Positions 61,701 through 64,000 of a stretch of 64,000 nt of DNA are shown in pieces. The notes below the pieces were generated by a model. It was not told the DNA's origin, made no database searches, and saw only the letters and a list, made by a program, of their open reading frames with translations. The stretch's first letter is position 1; each line of letters begins with the position of its first letter. A program made the position numbers and the translations under genes. Source of the DNA: Camelus dromedarius (Eukaryota); the NCBI RefSeq assembly GCF_036321535.1, contig NC_087436.1:27158001-27222000 (forward strand), read 5' to 3'.

Positions 61701-64000
61701 ATTAACATTTTACATCTATGATGGCTCTGAATAACAAAATCAACTCCATGATGGATCTGAATAGTAAAATCACACTAAATATCTTATAGAATTGATATAG
61801 CTCACTTTTTTCTACTCTAAAAGTCCTTATTCTAAAATACTATATTTTATGTAAGCATAATGAATTAATACACTCAGCATAAGTGAGATATTTTGAAGTT
61901 ATTTAAATTTAAATTATGCTTTAAAGATTATATTATTGGTACTGAGCCAGGCAATTATAATTATAACATACTAAATAAATACATATATATAACAAATATA
62001 CCAAGAAACAAATTTAACAGGCAATCGATTTGGATATTTGTTGAAAATTATATAAAAAGTAAAATTAAGCAAAACTATAGTTTTATCACAGAAAAAGACC
62101 CTTTCATATATTAAAAGCATACTTTATGCCACTAAAAACTAGCTCTTGACATAGGATATAAACAGGTGGACCAGGTCTTCAGACATTTAAAAAAAAATTC
62201 TCTTAATTTGTATATACATGTTTCTGGTTTGTGTCCTGCTGAATTTCTTCTAAAATGACCAATATAGTACTTAAGAATTATATTATCTCTTATTTACAGC
62301 CTCATTTACATCTCTGTGCTCTGAAGTGAGAATTTAAAGTTAACATACCTTATTTTTTAGTTTCACTATATATAAATAATAAATCCTTGTTATTATTACA
62401 TAAGTACTTATAATTGAGCATACTGTCTATGTTAGAACATTTATAATCCAATACTGAGGTATATATCTTAGGAAGATTTTTTTACAGATTTAACATAACT
62501 GATGAATACATTCTCACAAATACCAACACTTGTGTAGGTAAAGTTTCAGCATACTTTTAAGCAAATTTTTCAATACTATAATTTTTGATACTGTTGTCAA
62601 ACAAAGTGAAAACACAATTCAGCAAAGTTGCATGCGATAATATGTACTGATGATGCTTATGTAATTGCTATTTGCCTTGAATTTTAATTTTAGTTGCAAA
62701 AATCTTTCTTTTGTGTTATATTTATAAATGTTATAACACAAAATAGACTTGTTGGTTAATAAAATCTAAAACTCATCTTATGTTTATCATAAATATTAAC
62801 ATAGTACTATATAGTGTAGTATAAAGTAATAGTGTAGTATAAAGTAAATGTTGTCTTCCTTATTTAGCACCTTTGATTTAGCATGTAGTTTCCTTATAGA
62901 CTCATATATTTAGATTGTTTTTAAATGCCATTCACAAGGGCACTTTCCTAGATCTATATTTTCATTATGAAAACCCTAAAAAGAGACATAATTCTTAAGG
63001 GGTTTTATCTGATCAATAAATACTGTGCATATTTTAAGCTTACGGACATTTTAATTGTTAGGAAATAGATTATTCTATTCCACATGTCAGTATTATCTCC
63101 TTCATTTATTTTTTTATACACTGATCTTTAGTTTTCTTGCTAAATAATATAAATGAGCTTAATGGCATTCTACTTAGAAAACTACTAGCTTAGACTTCTA
63201 ACATCCAAATTCAACTAGACCAAACAAAACATCTGCATGTAATAAAACAACAAACAATAAAGCAAATACTGAAGGACAACAGGAAGAAAATGTAGATATA
63301 TTTAAGCAATTCAATTAAAAAAATTATCAACAAAAGTAAAAGCAAGTTAAATTTCTATTTTAACTGTAATTAAATATTTTTAAACCTGAAAGGGGAAAGC
63401 TGATGCATGAATGCTTGCTGTAAGAATTAACAGTTAACCACTTGTAGAAACTAACTCATTTAATCAAGTCAGCAAATATTAATTGCATGCTACATTTAAG
63501 TCAATGACATTTCAATGAGATTCGTTCATAAAATTGTTTTGTCTTCAGTTATTATATGCAATATGAATGGTATCCATTATTTTCTTCACTTGCCCCTTTA
63601 TTTTAGTGGAAATTAGGTATAAATAAACACTTTGCTGTGCTAGCTTTATGTGTTTATAAATAGTTTTGACCATTGATCTAGATGATCAAGGTTCATATGG
63701 AACTCTCATTTATTTTGTGAATCAGGTTGCTAATTACTTGTTAATAATTTCTGGAAGTCTCTGCCCTTTCGACTCTCACCATGTTAGTTCTTATTAGAGA
63801 GCTGGAGAAGTTATTTTTGATCTAACTTGCTATAAGACTTCAGGTGATTTTTTTCCTCAACATTAGAAAATAAATCTGATTTTCATCAGTTGGCCCAACT
63901 AAAATATGGTACAAAAGTCAATGGTAGCTTCAATAGAAGTTATTAAAAAGTTCAGTAGCAATTGCATTGATTTCCACCACCGTCTTTAGCCATGTATGTG

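Noticed and set aside
61718..61760. C/D-box snoRNA (ATGATGG...CTGA twice)
   Set aside because: Only about 43 nt, mismatched C boxes and no room for guide sequences; explained by a tandem duplication.
1..64000. CRISPR arrays, operons, rRNA, NUMT or non-retroviral viral inserts
   Set aside because: No regularly spaced repeat-spacer array, no long intact ORFs and nothing recognisably mitochondrial, ribosomal or viral; the sequence is typical mammalian repeat-rich DNA.

Overview
This is AT-rich mammalian genomic DNA, most likely camelid. That call is an inference from three copies of a short tRNA-derived SINE that I recognise as vic-1-like. The window is intergenic or deep-intronic and dominated by interspersed repeats: degraded L1 blocks, L2, MIR, MaLR/ERVL/ERV1 solo LTRs, and hAT and Tigger MITEs. 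I recognise no known protein-coding gene; the supplied ORFs are low-complexity noise or broken L1 ORF2 remnants. The most interesting structure is at about 19.0-22.7 kb. Two back-to-back solo LTRs sit about 90 bp upstream of the window's only CpG island. The island carries NRF1/ETS-like motifs, a strong-context ATG and a perfect CAG|GTGAGT donor. Two downstream candidate micro-exons (30 and 33 nt) are each stop-free only in the phase that this first exon hands on. Other items worth checking are an inverted second copy of the same young LTR 22 kb away, a polyadenylated LTR fragment that appears to have been retroposed by L1 machinery (about 51.5 kb), an unexplained 530-bp GC-rich segment (about 14.7 kb), and several perfect palindromes. 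Repeat family names come from my recall of consensus sequences, not from a search, and boundaries of old repeats are approximate.
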